DNA of 64,000 bases from Nitrospirota bacterium (lineage in GTDB: Bacteria; Nitrospirota; Thermodesulfovibrionia; UBA6902), in NCBI GenBank assembly GCA_016222905.1, contig JACRPZ010000005.1, positions 142 through 64,141 of the forward strand, in the 5' to 3' direction. The stretch's first letter is position 1. Every line of letters starts with the position of its first letter. The position numbers and the translations under genes are program-made. Positions 1 through 8,993 of the stretch are shown one piece after another. Below the pieces are notes generated by a model. That model ran no database searches, had not been told where the DNA came from, and was given only the letters and a program-made list of their open reading frames with translations.

Positions 1-19
1 TGTTTAGAAAGTCTTTTTT

Positions 20-55
20 ATTCCCCCTTAGTAAAGGGGGATGAAGGGGGTTGTT
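20..55 (-). repeat. Repeat family 1 copy A (AACAACCCCCT-N2-3-CCCCCTTT-N3-AAGGGGGAAT), reverse orientation
   Basis: The reverse complement of 20-55 aligns with the copies at 155-188 and 32489-32522. It has a CCCCCTT/AAGGGGG hairpin with a second C5 tract upstream. Confidence 0.7.
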
Positions 56-154
56 GTAAAGTAATCAGTATAAAATAATCTTAATACGTACAATTAGCAT
101 CAAGGACTTTACTTTATAAATATCAATATGGTGGACAGCATGAATGCAAGTCAT

Positions 155-188
155 AACAACCCCCTAACCCCCTTTTTTAAGGGGGAAT
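155..188 (+). repeat. Repeat family 1 copy B
   Basis: aacaaccccctaaccccctttttttaagggggaat, a 7-bp stem CCCCCTT/AAGGGGG, sitting just upstream of the sigma-54 regulator gene. Confidence 0.7.
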
Positions 189-217
189 TATTAAACTATG
201 CGCAGGAACTTTAACTT

Positions 218-1549
218 ATGGCTTTTAAGATACTGATAGCAGAAGACGAAGAGATAACTCTGAACAATATTCTGGATACCTTGCAGGATGAGGGATATGA
301 TGTCTCCGGAACAAAGAACGGCGCTGACGCCCTTATGAAGATGGAGAAAGAACATTTTGATCTCCTTATCACCGACATAAAGATGCCCGGCCTCAGCGGC
401 ATGGAACTCCTCGGAAAGATAAAGGAAAAATATCCCGTTACAGAAGTGATCATTATTACTGGCTTTGGAAGCATAGGCTCGGCGGTTGAAGCAATGAAGA
501 AGGGGGCATTGGATTATATCGCAAAACCCTTTGACCTTGATGAATTGACAATGAAGGTCAGGAAGATCATGGACCAAAGCGTCCTGAAGAAAGAACACAG
601 GGCATTAAAGATTTATTTCGGCATGAATAAAAAAATCACCCTGATCGCAAAGAGTGAGGGCATGAAAAAGATCCTGAACACCATTGAAGGGATTAAGGAT
701 TCTGATTTCAATATGCTCCTTACCGGCGAGACAGGGGTGGGAAAAAGCCTAATAGCAAAGGTCGTCCATTCTACAAGCAGAAGACAGGAGAGACCTTTCC
801 TCTCCATTAACTGCGCTACTCTAACTGAAGACCTGCTTGCAAGTGAGCTGTTCGGCCATGAGAAGGGCGCGTTTACCGGCGCCATTACCGCTAAACAGGG
901 GCTCGTTGAGATTGCTGATACAGGGATTCTTTTTCTTGACGAGATTGCCGAGTTGACCCCGAATCTCCAGGCGAAACTCCTGAAGGTGGTTGAAGAAGGC
1001 GAGTTTTATCGGGTTGGAGGCACGAAGCCTCAAAAGGTTGATGTGCGGTTCATAGCAGCCACAAACCAGAATGTGAAGAAGCTGATCTCAGATGGACGGT
1101 TCAGGGAAGACCTTTATTACAGGATGAATATTATGGAAATCTTCATCCCGCCTTTGAGGGAACGTCAGGATGACATAAAACCCCTTAGCGCTTTTTTCCT
1201 TCAAAAGCACCTGCCGAAGTCGAACAAGAAGATAATGGGGTTCTCAGACGAGGCCATGGAGATTCTGCTTCATTACAGCTTCCCCGGCAATGTAAGGGAA
1301 CTTGAAAATATAATCGAACGGGCGATCATCATTGAAAAGAGTCCGGTTATAACGCCTGAGAGCCTGCCTCGCGGAATAAGGGTTTTGGAGATAGCAACTA
1401 TAGACCCGGACAGGATAAAGACAGTTGATGAACTGGTCAAGGAATATGCCGAACAGGTCGTAAAGATGTTAGGCGGAAATAGGACAAGGGCGTCTGAGTT
1501 GTTGGGCATGTCCAGGACAAGCCTCTGGAAGATATTGAAAGAGGAGTAG
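218..1549 (+). CDS. Sigma-54-dependent Fis-family response regulator (NtrC-like)
   Basis: N-terminal receiver domain (DIKMPGLSG), AAA+ Walker A GETGVGKS, GAFTGA motif (GHEKGAFTGA) and a C-terminal Fis-type HTH. Confidence 0.9.
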   Translation: MAFKILIAEDEEITLNNILDTLQDEGYDVSGTKNGADALMKMEKEHFDLLITDIKMPGLSGMELLGKIKEKYPVTEVIIITGFGSIGSAVEAMKKGALDYIAKPFDLDELTMKVRKIMDQSVLKKEHRALKIYFGMNKKITLIAKSEGMKKILNTIEGIKDSDFNMLLTGETGVGKSLIAKVVHSTSRRQERPFLSINCATLTEDLLASELFGHEKGAFTGAITAKQGLVEIADTGILFLDEIAELTPNLQAKLLKVVEEGEFYRVGGTKPQKVDVRFIAATNQNVKKLISDGRFREDLYYRMNIMEIFIPPLRERQDDIKPLSAFFLQKHLPKSNKKIMGFSDEAMEILLHYSFPGNVRELENIIERAIIIEKSPVITPESLPRGIRVLEIATIDPDRIKTVDELVKEYAEQVVKMLGGNRTRASELLGMSRTSLWKILKEE

Positions 1550-1637
1550 CAGGGTGGTTTGTAAGCCAACAAAATTTCTTTTACGCAAAAACTAATCTGC
1601 CTTTAGACTGTAAATTGAGTATTTCCTCAACATCATC

Positions 1638-1994
1638 TCATGCGGCAACGGCATTCTTTGAGTGAGACTTTCTCCTTGATGAGAGCGCATTCAGCCTCTC
1701 AATGGTATCCGGATATTTTCTCACCAGGAGGATCAACGTCGCTGCCTGCACATTCGGCTTTGAAATGCCCTGCTCCCATTTTTCAAGCGTACGAGGGGAC
1801 ACACAGAGTTGATGTGCAAAAACCGCGCGCGAAAGATTCAGACTGTCACGCACTTCCCGTATCATTTTCGAAGTCACAGACGGGGTGAATTGCCCTTCGA
1901 TCTTGTATTCGCGCAGGGTGATTTTTCCCTTACTGTGTTGCTTTATCTCCTCTATACCCTGCGTCAACTCCAGAAATAAATTTCTCTTTCTCAT
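1638..1994 (-). CDS. XRE/HigA-like HTH antitoxin, probably starting at an internal Met (the longest ORF extends to 2033)
   Basis: HTH segment LSRAVFAHQLCVSPRTLEKWEQG. It lies directly downstream of a RelE/HigB-like toxin with a 4-bp overlap. Confidence 0.6.
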   Translation of the reverse strand: MRKRNLFLELTQGIEEIKQHSKGKITLREYKIEGQFTPSVTSKMIREVRDSLNLSRAVFAHQLCVSPRTLEKWEQGISKPNVQAATLILLVRKYPDTIERLNALSSRRKSHSKNAVAA

Positions 1995-2308
1995 AAGTTC
2001 CACTCCTTCACTAATTTCATTAGAGCTTTGCACTCTTTAGTATTCAAATCTGACACTTCATTTTTAGCGTAAAGGGTAAGCAGATAAATTCGGGCGACTG
2101 AGGAGTGAAAATAATAGATAATTCTCACACCGGCTCTCTTACCCTTGCCTTTGGACTTCCATCGCACCTTTCTTAATCCGCCTGTCCTCTGCATGATATC
2201 TCCGGCCTCGGGATTCGCCGCAAGATGCGCTTGGAAATCCTTGTACTCTTCATCCGTCAAGTAATCCGGAAGCAGACGGGTGAATATTCTCGTTTCCACA
2301 AACAACAT
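1991..2308 (-). CDS. RelE/HigB-family type II toxin
   Basis: Conserved GGLRKVRW...GKRAGVRIIYY segment typical of HigB-like killer proteins, ~105 aa, paired with an HTH antitoxin. Confidence 0.65.
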   Translation of the reverse strand: MLFVETRIFTRLLPDYLTDEEYKDFQAHLAANPEAGDIMQRTGGLRKVRWKSKGKGKRAGVRIIYYFHSSVARIYLLTLYAKNEVSDLNTKECKALMKLVKEWNL

Positions 2309-2446
2309 ATTTTAGTATACCCAAGTAGCGTATGATTTACAAGGGTGTGACCATTAACTGTTAAGTAGGTGTCCATGGAATCAGACACACTCCCGTTAAA
2401 TTCTCCTTCTCAATCCTCCAGACTTTGCTGCACGGAACAAGACCTG

Positions 2447-2478
2447 ACCCCATTTGCTTGTGACCCCATTTGCTTGTT
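2447..2478. repeat. Tandem direct repeat 2 x 16 bp (TGACCCCATTTGCTTG)
   Basis: Exact tandem duplication visible in the sequence. Confidence 0.8.
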
Positions 2479-2689
2479 GAGCAGGCGCGAAGCGAAGAGG
2501 AACGCCGGTGTCACTGTACAAACTAATCGTAGCAAAAAAGATAGTGGCGAGACGGCTCAATAAGCCTTATTGTTTCCTTTATTGCAAGAAACAAGACCCC
2601 AATCGCCTTAGCCTAACATCTCAATATTTAAGACTCCTAATTCTTCTCACTTTCCCAAACTAGGTTAGTCTTTTTATCATGCCTTGAAG

Positions 2690-3397
2690 TCATTTGTTGT
2701 TGATACCGACTGTGAGTTTTACTTTTAGTAAGAAGTTCTCTGGAAACTCAACTGCTTGGCATGATTTATCCCATTTTGGCTGGCCAAATAGCCAAGGATC
2801 ATCGGTCCCGAAGTTTTCAGGTCCAATCTCTTTAGAAAAAACTAATTTCTTCTTCTTTATGTCATAGACGTAGGCGTGATAGAGCTCTTTTACGAACGCC
2901 CAATAGGCGACATAATCATCACAGAAAGAATCATATGCAAATCCATTATAACCGGGCAGAACCACTTCGGAAAGAATCCATTTATTGGCAACCTTGCTCA
3001 GCAAATATGACTCCGGTTCGGGATAGCCATATACTGCGCCTTTAGGCGCATCTGCCATTTCAAGAGTATCGCCTACAAGTTTGCCAAGCTTGCATTTATG
3101 CATGACTACAGAATATTTTGTCTTTCTCGCATGATAAATAAAATCTACCTGTTGCCCTTCAATAATCAAGGGTAAGCACGTAGTCCCCTCATTCAGTAAA
3201 TTCCAGAATACCTTCGGCTGGCCGAGTTTTGCTTTTTCAAAATAAGGAAAAGAACCCTGGGCTAATGGGATCTCTGATTCTAATTTAATATCTGCGGCGA
3301 CTGAAATTGAGACGGCTACAAAAGAGAAGAGCAGTGCCAAGATTGTTGTTTTATATATCATTTTCAGGCTACATTTACTTTTATGTTTATTCTGCAT
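2690..3397 (-). CDS. Hypothetical secreted protein (signal peptide; start may be the Met at 3361)
   Basis: N-terminal hydrophobic segment ILALLFSFVAVSISVAA. No recognisable domain. Confidence 0.55.
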   Translation of the reverse strand: MQNKHKSKCSLKMIYKTTILALLFSFVAVSISVAADIKLESEIPLAQGSFPYFEKAKLGQPKVFWNLLNEGTTCLPLIIEGQQVDFIYHARKTKYSVVMHKCKLGKLVGDTLEMADAPKGAVYGYPEPESYLLSKVANKWILSEVVLPGYNGFAYDSFCDDYVAYWAFVKELYHAYVYDIKKKKLVFSKEIGPENFGTDDPWLFGQPKWDKSCQAVEFPENFLLKVKLTVGINNK

Positions 3398-3727
3398 TTT
3401 AGAGAAGTTTATCTCTATGCTACTTTGTATGTCAAGAAAATTATGGGCAAAATACTAGTTACTCGTCTACTGTTAACACTGTTCACATTTTAAACGTTTT
3501 TGTTTTTCTTCTTTACACTTCCTCATTATTCAATTAAAACTTTAAATAACAATATGTTACAACTTATTCCTCCCTTTTCTCAACTTGTCCGCCCTGAAAT
3601 TTCACCGTTCATATTATAAACGCATCTTTCTTGGCTGTCCTAATTATCTTTTAATTTCAATTAGTTACCTTCTGGTATCCTTTATGCTCTTATGAATGTG
3701 TAAATACAAACATTTGGAGGTAGAAAA

Positions 3728-4213
3728 ATGAAGCGCAATCTTTTATTCATAACATCTCGGGAAGATGACTTTGACGATGGGCTTTCTTATGCCCTCGACC
3801 TCGCCAAAATGACGGACAGAGGCATTGCCATCCTTCTGGTACACAAGAAAAGACTGTCAAAAAAGTTTGAAGACCTGATGACAGCGATCACCTTTGCTGA
3901 AGCCGATGAGCATGAGACAGCAAGAGAGATTATGTACGCATCGGAATCAAAGGTAAAAGGAGATGATCTCCAGGAATTACTTAAAGAAAAGTGCGATGAA
4001 TCAGGGGTCGCATCGAGTATTTATACAGGGGTCAGTGACACGGTTTCTGCACTGCGGGATTTTCTGAAACAGAACAAGGGCGTAGATATGGTCCTCTTAA
4101 GCCCGAACATTACTGATAACGGGACCCTGACATCCCGTGAACTGAATCAGCTTTTAAGAACAGCCTCAATGCCGATAGTTACTATGGCAAAACATGCTTA
4201 TGCCGCATCATAA
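3728..4213 (+). CDS. Hypothetical protein, possibly a divergent USP-like fold
   Basis: Good RBS (ggaggtagaaaaATG) and coding-like composition. Lacks the USP ATP-binding motif. Confidence 0.5.
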   Translation: MKRNLLFITSREDDFDDGLSYALDLAKMTDRGIAILLVHKKRLSKKFEDLMTAITFAEADEHETAREIMYASESKVKGDDLQELLKEKCDESGVASSIYTGVSDTVSALRDFLKQNKGVDMVLLSPNITDNGTLTSRELNQLLRTASMPIVTMAKHAYAAS

Positions 4214-4238
4214 AAAAATATAACGGAGGGGTTTTGGA

Positions 4239-5156
4239 ATGTATTTTTATTTACCGGTAGCACTAACCAGCATTAACATATTAATCCCGATAGGACTCGG
4301 CCTCGCGGTGGGGCTTCTTTCGGGTCTTTTCGGAGTCGGAGGAGGCTTTCTGATGACTCCGCTTCTGATAATGTTCGGCATTCCTTCAACAGTTGCTGCT
4401 GCAACGGATTCAAACCAGATTGTTGCCGCATCAACATCAGGGACATATGCCCACTGGAAGGTAGGCAATGTGGACTTTAAAATGGGGCTTTATCTTCTCA
4501 TCGGAGGTTTTGCCGGTGGGCTTTTCGGCGTGCAGTTGATCAAAATTCTCAAGGCGACGGGGAATGCAGACTTTGTTATAAAGATGACATATGTGCTGAT
4601 GCTCGGTATAGTCGGCACATATATGTTCATTGAAAGCCTGAGCAGCATGAGAAAAAAGAAGACTGAAGAGATAAAACCGGAGAAAGAATCGGGAATGGCA
4701 AGATTTCTCAAGTCTCTTCCGCTTCAGACCCATTTTGAAAAATCAGGGGTGACACACTCAGCCCTTCTCCCGATAATCTTCGGAGGCTTTGTCGGCATAC
4801 TCGCCGCGATCATGGGCGTGGGCGGAGGCTTCCTGATGGTGCCTGTAATGGTTTATATCCTGAGAATGCCCATGCATGTCGTAGTCGGAACGAGTCTCTT
4901 TCAGATATTATTTAACTGCATAGAGGTCACCTTTTTACAGGCATATACCAATCACAATGTGGATTTTATCCTTGCTGTTCTTTTGCTTTTGGGTTCAACT
5001 GTCGGAGCGCAGATCGGAGCGGTTTTCGGGAGAAAACTCAAAGGCGAACAGCTCAAGATCATTCTTGCGGCAATAGTTCTCGTAGTGACCGTCAAGATGA
5101 TCTTTGAACTTACATTAAGCCCGTCTATACTTTTATCACAGGCAGGAGGACACTAA
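4239..5156 (+). CDS. TauE/SafE (TSUP, DUF81) family membrane exporter
   Basis: Two internal repeats carrying the GVGGGFLMTP / GVGGGFLMVP signatures, multi-pass membrane protein. Confidence 0.85.
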   Translation: MYFYLPVALTSINILIPIGLGLAVGLLSGLFGVGGGFLMTPLLIMFGIPSTVAAATDSNQIVAASTSGTYAHWKVGNVDFKMGLYLLIGGFAGGLFGVQLIKILKATGNADFVIKMTYVLMLGIVGTYMFIESLSSMRKKKTEEIKPEKESGMARFLKSLPLQTHFEKSGVTHSALLPIIFGGFVGILAAIMGVGGGFLMVPVMVYILRMPMHVVVGTSLFQILFNCIEVTFLQAYTNHNVDFILAVLLLLGSTVGAQIGAVFGRKLKGEQLKIILAAIVLVVTVKMIFELTLSPSILLSQAGGH

Positions 5157-5968
5157 TGAAAAAAGTCAGAAGTCAGAAGTCAGAAGTCAGAAGTTTTAAA
5201 AACATTTTCCTAACAGCTTTCATTATATTTTTGGGAATGATAATGACGGGAACAAAGGCATCAGCGGAATTGACGATAAAGGCAAACCATGACGATATAA
5301 AGATAGACTTCTTCTATAACGGCAGTACCGTGTCTGTTGCCGGAGACGCTGATTCGGGGACTGACCTGATCATTAAGATAGCATCTCCGGAAGGTCACGA
5401 GATACTTAAACAGAAAGGAAAAGTGGCGGGCCTTTTGTGGATGAATACCGGAACATTAAATTTTGAACATACGCCGAACCTCTATTCCATTTACAGCACA
5501 AAAAAGATTGAAGACATACTTAGCGCAGAGGAAGCGGATAAATATGTGATTGGTTACCCCGCGCTAAGCAGGCAGATGGAAATAGCTCCCGTTTCAACCG
5601 AAGATGAACGGTCAAAATGGTTCAATGAGTTTGTGAAGTACAAGGAATCTTCAAACCTTTACACAACTTCTTCCGGCAAGATATTGACCACGGCAAAAGA
5701 CGGCAAACAGGCGTACTATATCCTTACAGCATGGCCTTATCAGGCCCCTCCGGGAGATTATCTCGTCACCGTATATGCGGTTAAGGATAAAAAGGTCATC
5801 GAGAAAGCAGAGTCAAAGGTAATGGTAGAACAGGTTGGCGCTGTAAAGATGCTTGCCGGAATGGCAAAAAATAACGGCGCTTTATACGGGGGCATATCCA
5901 TAATGGCGGCGCTGGCTGCGGGATTCGGAGTTGGCATGATATTCAGAAAAGGTGGAGGCGCGCATTAA
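5156..5968 (+). CDS. Hypothetical membrane-anchored/secreted protein; start overlaps the TauE stop (TAATGA)
   Basis: K/R-rich N-region then hydrophobic h-region (FLTAFIIFLGMIMTG...ASA), C-terminal TM. Contains the heptamer repeat at codons 3-12. Confidence 0.6.
   Translation: MKKVRSQKSEVRSFKNIFLTAFIIFLGMIMTGTKASAELTIKANHDDIKIDFFYNGSTVSVAGDADSGTDLIIKIASPEGHEILKQKGKVAGLLWMNTGTLNFEHTPNLYSIYSTKKIEDILSAEEADKYVIGYPALSRQMEIAPVSTEDERSKWFNEFVKYKESSNLYTTSSGKILTTAKDGKQAYYILTAWPYQAPPGDYLVTVYAVKDKKVIEKAESKVMVEQVGAVKMLAGMAKNNGALYGGISIMAALAAGFGVGMIFRKGGGAH
5164..5191 (+). repeat. Heptanucleotide tandem repeat (GTCAGAA)x4 inside coding sequence
   Basis: Exact 4 units, read directly. The unit length is not a multiple of 3. 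Confidence 0.9.
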
Positions 5969-5970
5969 TT

Positions 5971-6828
5971 ATGTATAAGAAAATATTAGTAGGCTTTGAT
6001 GATTCGGAACACAGCAAGGCGGCGCTCATAGAGGCTTCTAACTGGGTCAAACGGCATGGCGGTTCTGTTATTCTTGCCCACGCTGTCTTTTTTGATCCTG
6101 AGGAGTTTGGAATTGCGCCCGTCCAGTTAGAGAAACGTCTGAAAATAGGTGAAAAAATATGTATTCAAACAAAAGAGATGTTGACTTCCGAATTCGGCAT
6201 AGAAGTGCAATCCCTGCTCTGCGAGGGAGATCCTCCAACGGTCATAGTTGACATTGCAAGAGAAAAGAAAGCGGATCTTGTAATGCTGGGCACATACGGA
6301 AGAAAGGGCCTGAACAGACTGCTCATGGGCAGCGTTACATCGCAGGTTGTTGTAAATTCACCGGTTGATGTGCTTGTGGTGAAAAAACCGTGTACCGAAT
6401 GCACGGGTGAATATAAATCCATTTTAGTCCCATTTGACGGTTCACCGTCCAGCCAAAAGGCATTAGAACGCGCCTGCCATCTGTCAAAGATTGATAATGC
6501 CGAGATAAAGATCCTGTATGTTATTCCCCGTTATGAAGAAATGGTGGGCTTTTATAAAAGCAGCTCAATAAAGAAGAGTCTTTTTCAGGAGGCGCAGAAG
6601 ATCATTGATACCGCAAAGGTAATAACCTCAAAGCTTGGAGTCTCTGTAAAAGATGAGATACAGGAAGGAAATGCGGCGGAGAAGATCGTAGAGACCTCAA
6701 AGAAACTTAAAAACGATTTGATAGTCATGGGAAGTTACGGATATACAGGCGTTAACAAGGCGATCATAGGGAGCACCGCTGAAAGGGTGATAACCAATGC
6801 CGCCTGTCCGATACTTGTGGTGAGGTGA
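5971..6828 (+). CDS. Universal stress protein, tandem UspA domains
   Basis: Two USP domains with G-x2-G-x9-G-S/T-like segments (MLGTYGRKGLNRLLMGSVT; MGSYGYTGVNKAIIGSTA). Confidence 0.85.
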   Translation: MYKKILVGFDDSEHSKAALIEASNWVKRHGGSVILAHAVFFDPEEFGIAPVQLEKRLKIGEKICIQTKEMLTSEFGIEVQSLLCEGDPPTVIVDIAREKKADLVMLGTYGRKGLNRLLMGSVTSQVVVNSPVDVLVVKKPCTECTGEYKSILVPFDGSPSSQKALERACHLSKIDNAEIKILYVIPRYEEMVGFYKSSSIKKSLFQEAQKIIDTAKVITSKLGVSVKDEIQEGNAAEKIVETSKKLKNDLIVMGSYGYTGVNKAIIGSTAERVITNAACPILVVR

Positions 6829-6834
6829 AATATC

Positions 6835-7257
6835 ATGAAAGGTTACAGAAAAATATTAATAGCAGTGAACGGCTCAAAGGATGTTCTTTCGCAAGGTTTG
6901 AGAATGGCGCATGATGAAAAATGCTGGGTAACGGTTGTCAAGGTGCTGCCTCCAAATGAAGGAGACTTGAACCTTGTGGGGATAAAAAACATAGAGGATG
7001 TATTAACCAGCGGCTGCCATAAAGAAAACGCTGAGATAAATTCTATCGCAGAGACCGAAGGAGCGTTGATAAAGACAAGATTTGAAGAAGGCGATGTCTA
7101 TAAAAAGATTCTTGAAGTTGCAGAGGAAGAAAGATGTGATGTCATCATCATGGGATCGCGCCGCAGACGAAACCGGATAAGCAGGTTTTTCGGCGATAAT
7201 GTCGTGGGAAAGGTCATCAATCATGCCCCCTGCCCTGTCTTTGTGGTTGGAACGTAA
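6835..7257 (+). CDS. Universal stress protein (single domain)
   Basis: USP fold signature IIMGSRRRRNRISRFFGDNVVGKV...PVFVV. Confidence 0.8.
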   Translation: MKGYRKILIAVNGSKDVLSQGLRMAHDEKCWVTVVKVLPPNEGDLNLVGIKNIEDVLTSGCHKENAEINSIAETEGALIKTRFEEGDVYKKILEVAEEERCDVIIMGSRRRRNRISRFFGDNVVGKVINHAPCPVFVVGT

Positions 7258-7304
7258 GAAGCTTCTCATCGCAGACACTGTGAAAGCATGTAGTATAATA
7301 TTAC

Positions 7305-7703
7305 ATGCCTGCTTCCCCTGAAGATAAGAGCTCTGCAAAGGTTCGTAACCGACGCGTCCATATGGCAAATGAGAGGACATTCCTCGCGTGGATAAGGACA
7401 AGCATAGGCATCATGGCATTTGGTTTTGTTGTAGAGAAATTTGCCCTGTTTGTAAAACAGCTGTCATATTTTCTGGGTAAAGAGATTACCCCTCCATCTC
7501 ATGGCTATTCGTCAATTTTCGGCATATTACTTGTTGCTCTCGGCGCTTTAATGGGCGCGCTTTCATTTATCAGATACAAGAAAGTTGAGAGGCAGATCGA
7601 TGAGGATACTTATAAACCATCGCTGATTCTTGACATACTGCTTGCCATATCTGTACTTGCAATTGGTATTTTCCTTGTGATTTATCTGATTCACAGCGTA
7701 TAA
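7305..7703 (+). CDS. DUF202/YidH-family small membrane protein
   Basis: NERTFLAWIRTS motif typical of DUF202, two to three TM helices. Start possibly at Met 7359. Confidence 0.7.
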   Translation: MPASPEDKSSAKVRNRRVHMANERTFLAWIRTSIGIMAFGFVVEKFALFVKQLSYFLGKEITPPSHGYSSIFGILLVALGALMGALSFIRYKKVERQIDEDTYKPSLILDILLAISVLAIGIFLVIYLIHSV

Positions 7704-7746
7704 AGACCGGATATGAAAAGTTGCAATGATTTTGACAGGCTAAAAA

Positions 7747-8109
7747 CTATTTAAAGAATTCAAGATATTCTTGAGGCGGAGTCAAAATCTCAATGCTCAT
7801 GGTATCGTGAAGACTGTCAACTTCTAAAAAGCCGCTGATCTCGCACGGAACATTCATAAGATCATTTTTGAAAGGGATAAGCAGATTAATCCACGAATGC
7901 AGGGGAAAGCGGTACTTTGTATCAATACACATGCAGTGTTTGGAGGCTTCTGTAGATGTTCCTAAGGAGAGCAGATTGCCGAAAAAAAGCCTTGCCTTAA
8001 TCTCCATCTGAATTTCACGGCAATCTCTTTTTTCTGAAAGACTACAGATAATCATATTCCCCTCCAATAGGGTTTGTTGGAAAACATTATATATAGCCCA
8101 AAATATCAC
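7747..8109 (-). CDS. Hypothetical protein
   Basis: ORF only; weak PilZ-like hints are not convincing. Confidence 0.35.
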   Translation of the reverse strand: MIFWAIYNVFQQTLLEGNMIICSLSEKRDCREIQMEIKARLFFGNLLSLGTSTEASKHCMCIDTKYRFPLHSWINLLIPFKNDLMNVPCEISGFLEVDSLHDTMSIEILTPPQEYLEFFK

Positions 8110-8241
8110 ATTATGTTTTGTTAGTCAATCTAAATATATTTATGGCCGGATATGTTTTCCATATAATTTGTTTTCGCAATCAGGCAAATATCTTCATGGC
8201 AAGTTACACTTTTTATGGCAGGAATTTGTTAGAATTTATAC

Positions 8242-8958
8242 ATGGATGAAATTCTAAACGAAAAAGAGAAGGCCGCAGCTTTAAAGAAGATTCAACTCTT
8301 CTCGGAACTGTCTGATAAAGAACTGCATCAGATCAACAGCCAAATAGCCTTGAAAATCTTCAGAAAGAACGAGACCATTCTCTATGAAGAAGATACGAGC
8401 GCATTTATGTACATTATTTTATCAGGCAAGGTAAAGGTCATAAAGACAACAGGGGAAGGTAAGGAGATAATCCTTGCAATGCATAATGCAGGAAATTTTT
8501 TCGGTGAGATGTCTTTGATAGACGGCAAAACATCTCCTGCGTCCGTTGTAGCTATAGAGGATTCGATCATATCCATCATTTCAAAAAACGATTTCTATTC
8601 GCTGCTCTTTGCCCACAAGAAGGTATTTGAGAATCTCCTGAAAATATTAAGTTCGAGGCTCCGCTCCTCATGGGATACGATAAAACTGTTGAACTTCAAC
8701 AGCGCCTCGCAAAGGATAAGGACCTTATTCTTTATGCTCTCTGAAGAGCACGGCAAAAGAACCGCCGACGGGATAATATTAAACGCCAATCTCTCGCATA
8801 AGGAGATATCCGAAATGACGGGCCTGACGCGCGAAACAGTGACAAGGGTGATGGATAAGTGGCAGAAAGAAGGCGAGATCGCAATTCTCAAAAACAAAAG
8901 CATACGGCTGAATCCGGCCTTTCATAAGCGCTCTGATTTAAAGGATTTGCAGGATTAA
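8242..8958 (+). CDS. Crp/Fnr-family transcriptional regulator
   Basis: cNMP-binding domain (FFGEMSLIDG) plus C-terminal HTH (ISEMTGLTRETVTRVM). Confidence 0.85.
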   Translation: MDEILNEKEKAAALKKIQLFSELSDKELHQINSQIALKIFRKNETILYEEDTSAFMYIILSGKVKVIKTTGEGKEIILAMHNAGNFFGEMSLIDGKTSPASVVAIEDSIISIISKNDFYSLLFAHKKVFENLLKILSSRLRSSWDTIKLLNFNSASQRIRTLFFMLSEEHGKRTADGIILNANLSHKEISEMTGLTRETVTRVMDKWQKEGEIAILKNKSIRLNPAFHKRSDLKDLQD

Positions 8959-8993
8959 TCATTTTCCATTTTGCTGAAAAAATTTTATAACCC

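Noticed and set aside
7747-8109. PilZ-domain assignment for the 120-aa ORF
   Set aside because: RxxxR and DxSxxG-like residues are present, but in the wrong order and spacing, so it is left as hypothetical.
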